From Basidiobolus meristosporus CBS 931.73 (Eukaryota; Fungi; Basidiobolomycota), in contig MCFE01000002.1 in assembly GCA_002104905.1 (NCBI GenBank), forward strand, positions 248,559 through 312,558: DNA of 64,000 nucleotides, given 5' to 3'. Positions 62,526 through 64,000 of this stretch are shown piece by piece (position 1 is the stretch's first letter; every line of letters starts with the position of its first letter). The translations under genes and the position numbers were made by a program. The notes under the pieces were generated by a model. That model made no database searches, had not been told where the DNA came from, and saw only the letters and a list, made by a program, of their open reading frames with translations.

Positions 62526-63044
62526 AGGAAAGTCACCAAGTGGTGAAATCTTTATTTACTTATGACAAGTATCTAAAGAAGCCAAGTTAATCTGAAGTAA
62601 TTCCTAGAAAGCTAGGTCTGAGAGATATCTTCCTGGTAAGCCAGGTCTGAGAGTTGAGAAGCTGAGTGGTACTATATTTCCTAGTTAGCTAGGTCTGAGA
62701 GAGGTTTCCTGGAAAGCCAGGCCTGAGAAGTGAGAATCTGAATATATCTGAGCTAAGTTTTACTGGTTTGCGGTAGCTGAATTGTGGCCGGAATGGCCAG
62801 TAGACTGGGGGAACTGAGATGAATTTCTGGGCGATCACTGGCCAAATTTACTAGGCAAATCTGACCAATTAGCATTTCAAGGATTTCAGCCAATCAGAGC
62901 CTTTACTTTGCCCGATGGTTGATCAAGCCATCTCCCAATGAGCACACATCAATTTATTGATCAAATTTTGCTGGATCCAGGATTTGAACCCACAACCATG
63001 GGTATGAAAGGGTTAGGGATAACCACAAGGCTAAGTGTTCTTGG
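62526..63044 (-). mobile_element. SINE-like unit 1 (full length, about 519 bp): tRNA-like head and LINE-shared 3' tail
   Basis: A box 63033-63023, B box 62990-62980, no long ORF, 3' tail shared with LINE units A and B. Confidence 0.8.
62980..63033 (-). promoter_or_regulatory. Type-2 RNA polymerase III internal promoter (A box TAGCCTTGTGG, B box GGTTCAAATCC, 32 nt apart)
   Basis: B box matches GGTTCRANNCC exactly; A box matches TRGCNNARYGG at 10 of 11 positions; tRNA-like spacing. Confidence 0.75.
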
Positions 63045-63075
63045 TTAGGGTTAGGGTTAGGGTTAGGGTTAGGGG
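63045..63075 (+). repeat. Interstitial telomeric tract (TTAGGG)5
   Basis: Read directly between SINE units 1 and 2. Confidence 0.95.
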
Positions 63076-63249
63076 AGGAAAGTCACCAAGTGGTGAAATC
63101 TTTATTTACTTATGACAAGTATCTAAAGAAGCCAAGTTAATCTGAAGTTATTCCTAGAAAGCTAGGTCTGAGAGATATCTTCCTGGTAAGCCAGGTCTGA
63201 GAGTTGAGAGGCTGAGAGGTACTATATTTCCTAGTTAGCTAGGTCTGAG
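63076..63249 (-). mobile_element. SINE-like unit 2, 5'-truncated (174 bp)
   Basis: Matches the 3' part of unit 1 up to ...AGGTCTGAG, then switches to telomeric repeats. Confidence 0.88.
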
Positions 63250-63273
63250 GGTTAGGGTTAGGGGTTAGGGGGG
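63250..63273 (+). repeat. Interstitial telomeric tract with variant G-runs (TTAGGG TTAGGGG TTAGGGGGG)
   Basis: Read directly. Confidence 0.92.
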
Positions 63274-63793
63274 AGGAAAGTCACCAAGTGGTGAAATCTT
63301 TATTTACTTATGACAAGTATCTAAAGAAGCCAAGTTAATCTGAAGTTATTCCTAGAAAGCTAGGTCTGAGAGATATCTTCCTGGTAAGCCAGGTCTGAGA
63401 GTTGAGAAGCTGAGTGGTACTATATTTCCTAGTTAGCTAGGTCTGAGAGAGGTTTCCTGGAAAGCCAGGCCTGAGAAGTGAGAATCTGAATATATCTGAG
63501 CTAAGTTATACTGGTTTGCGGTAGCTGAATTGTGGCCGGAATGGCCAGTAGACTGGGGGAACTGAGATGTATTTCTGGGTGATCACTGGCCAAATTTACT
63601 AGGCAAATCTGGCCAATTAGCATTTCAAGGATTTCAGCCAATCAGAGCCTTTACTTTGCCCGATGGTTGATCAAGCCATCTCCCAATGAGCACACATCAA
63701 TTTATTAATCAAATTTTTGCTGGATCCAGGATTGGAACCCACAACCATGGGTATGGAAGGGTTAGGGATAACCACAAGGCTAAGTGTTCTTGG
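63274..63793 (-). mobile_element. SINE-like unit 3 (full length, about 520 bp)
   Basis: About 9 differences from unit 1 by eye; same 5' junction (GTGTTCTTGG|TTAGGG); B box variant GGTTCCAATCC. Confidence 0.88.
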
Positions 63794-64000
63794 TTAGGGT
63801 TAGGGTTAGGGTTAGGGTTAGGGTTAGGGTTAGGGTTAGGGTTAGGGTTAGGGTTAGGGTTAGGGTTAGGGTTAGGGTTAGGGTTAGGGTTAGGGTTAGG
63901 GTTAGGGTTAGGGTTAGGGTTAGGGTTAGGGTTAGGGTTAGGGTTAGGGTTAGGGTTAGGGTTAGGGTTAGGGTTAGGGTTAGGGTTAGGGTTAGGGTTT
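63794..64000 (+). repeat. Terminal telomere array, (TTAGGG)34
   Basis: 34 perfect repeats (63794-63997) plus TTT at the window end; the G-strand runs toward the end. Confidence 0.98.

Noticed and set aside
62603-62730. Hammerhead ribozyme or CRISPR array in the hairpin repeats
   Set aside because: CTGAGAG does not match the CTGANGA core, and no GAAA three-stem layout was seen on the sense strand. The spacers are short, nearly identical between copies, and there are no cas genes in this eukaryotic context.
62966-63044. Functional tRNA gene
   Set aside because: The A/B boxes are present, but the acceptor, D and anticodon stems do not pair, and the anticodon register is ambiguous (TTC or CAT). 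Treated as a tRNA-derived head.

Overview
Right-hand end of a fungal chromosome. Evidence for a fungus: a Zn2Cys6 factor, short GT-AG introns and (TTAGGG)n. The gene set (NSUN4-, SMS-, SH3BGR- and BRF2-like genes) suggests an early-diverging lineage, which is inference. Bases 1 to about 49.8 kb are gene-dense housekeeping DNA: MKT1, NSUN4-like, EXO1, RasGEF, two transcription factors, aprataxin, NmrA-like, NC2beta, MAF1, APC1, securin-like, SMS-like, IPK, PTC7, trehalase, PTR2, enoyl-CoA hydratase, SH3BGR-like, a secreted KR-processed protein, BRF-like, SYF2, SEC61, MBA1/mL45, bL32m and Sds3-like. From about 51.7 kb the DNA is all retroelements. It starts with decayed copia LTRs and a truncated copia, then an intact young Ty1/copia (349-bp LTRs, CATAG TSD) inserted into an APE-endonuclease LINE fragment. 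Next comes a head-to-tail array on the minus strand: two divergent RT-only LINE units of about 1.6 kb and three copies of a ~520-bp tRNA-headed (A/B-box) SINE-like element. Each unit abuts a TTAGGG-type seed, and the array ends in 34 TTAGGG repeats. The LINE and SINE units share one 3' tail (AATAAA, a TCACCA/TGGTGA stem-loop and oligo-C). This telomere-targeted LINE/SINE partnership, which appears to extend the chromosome end in alternation with telomerase, is the main candidate for a novel system. Exon boundaries were read by eye and are approximate.
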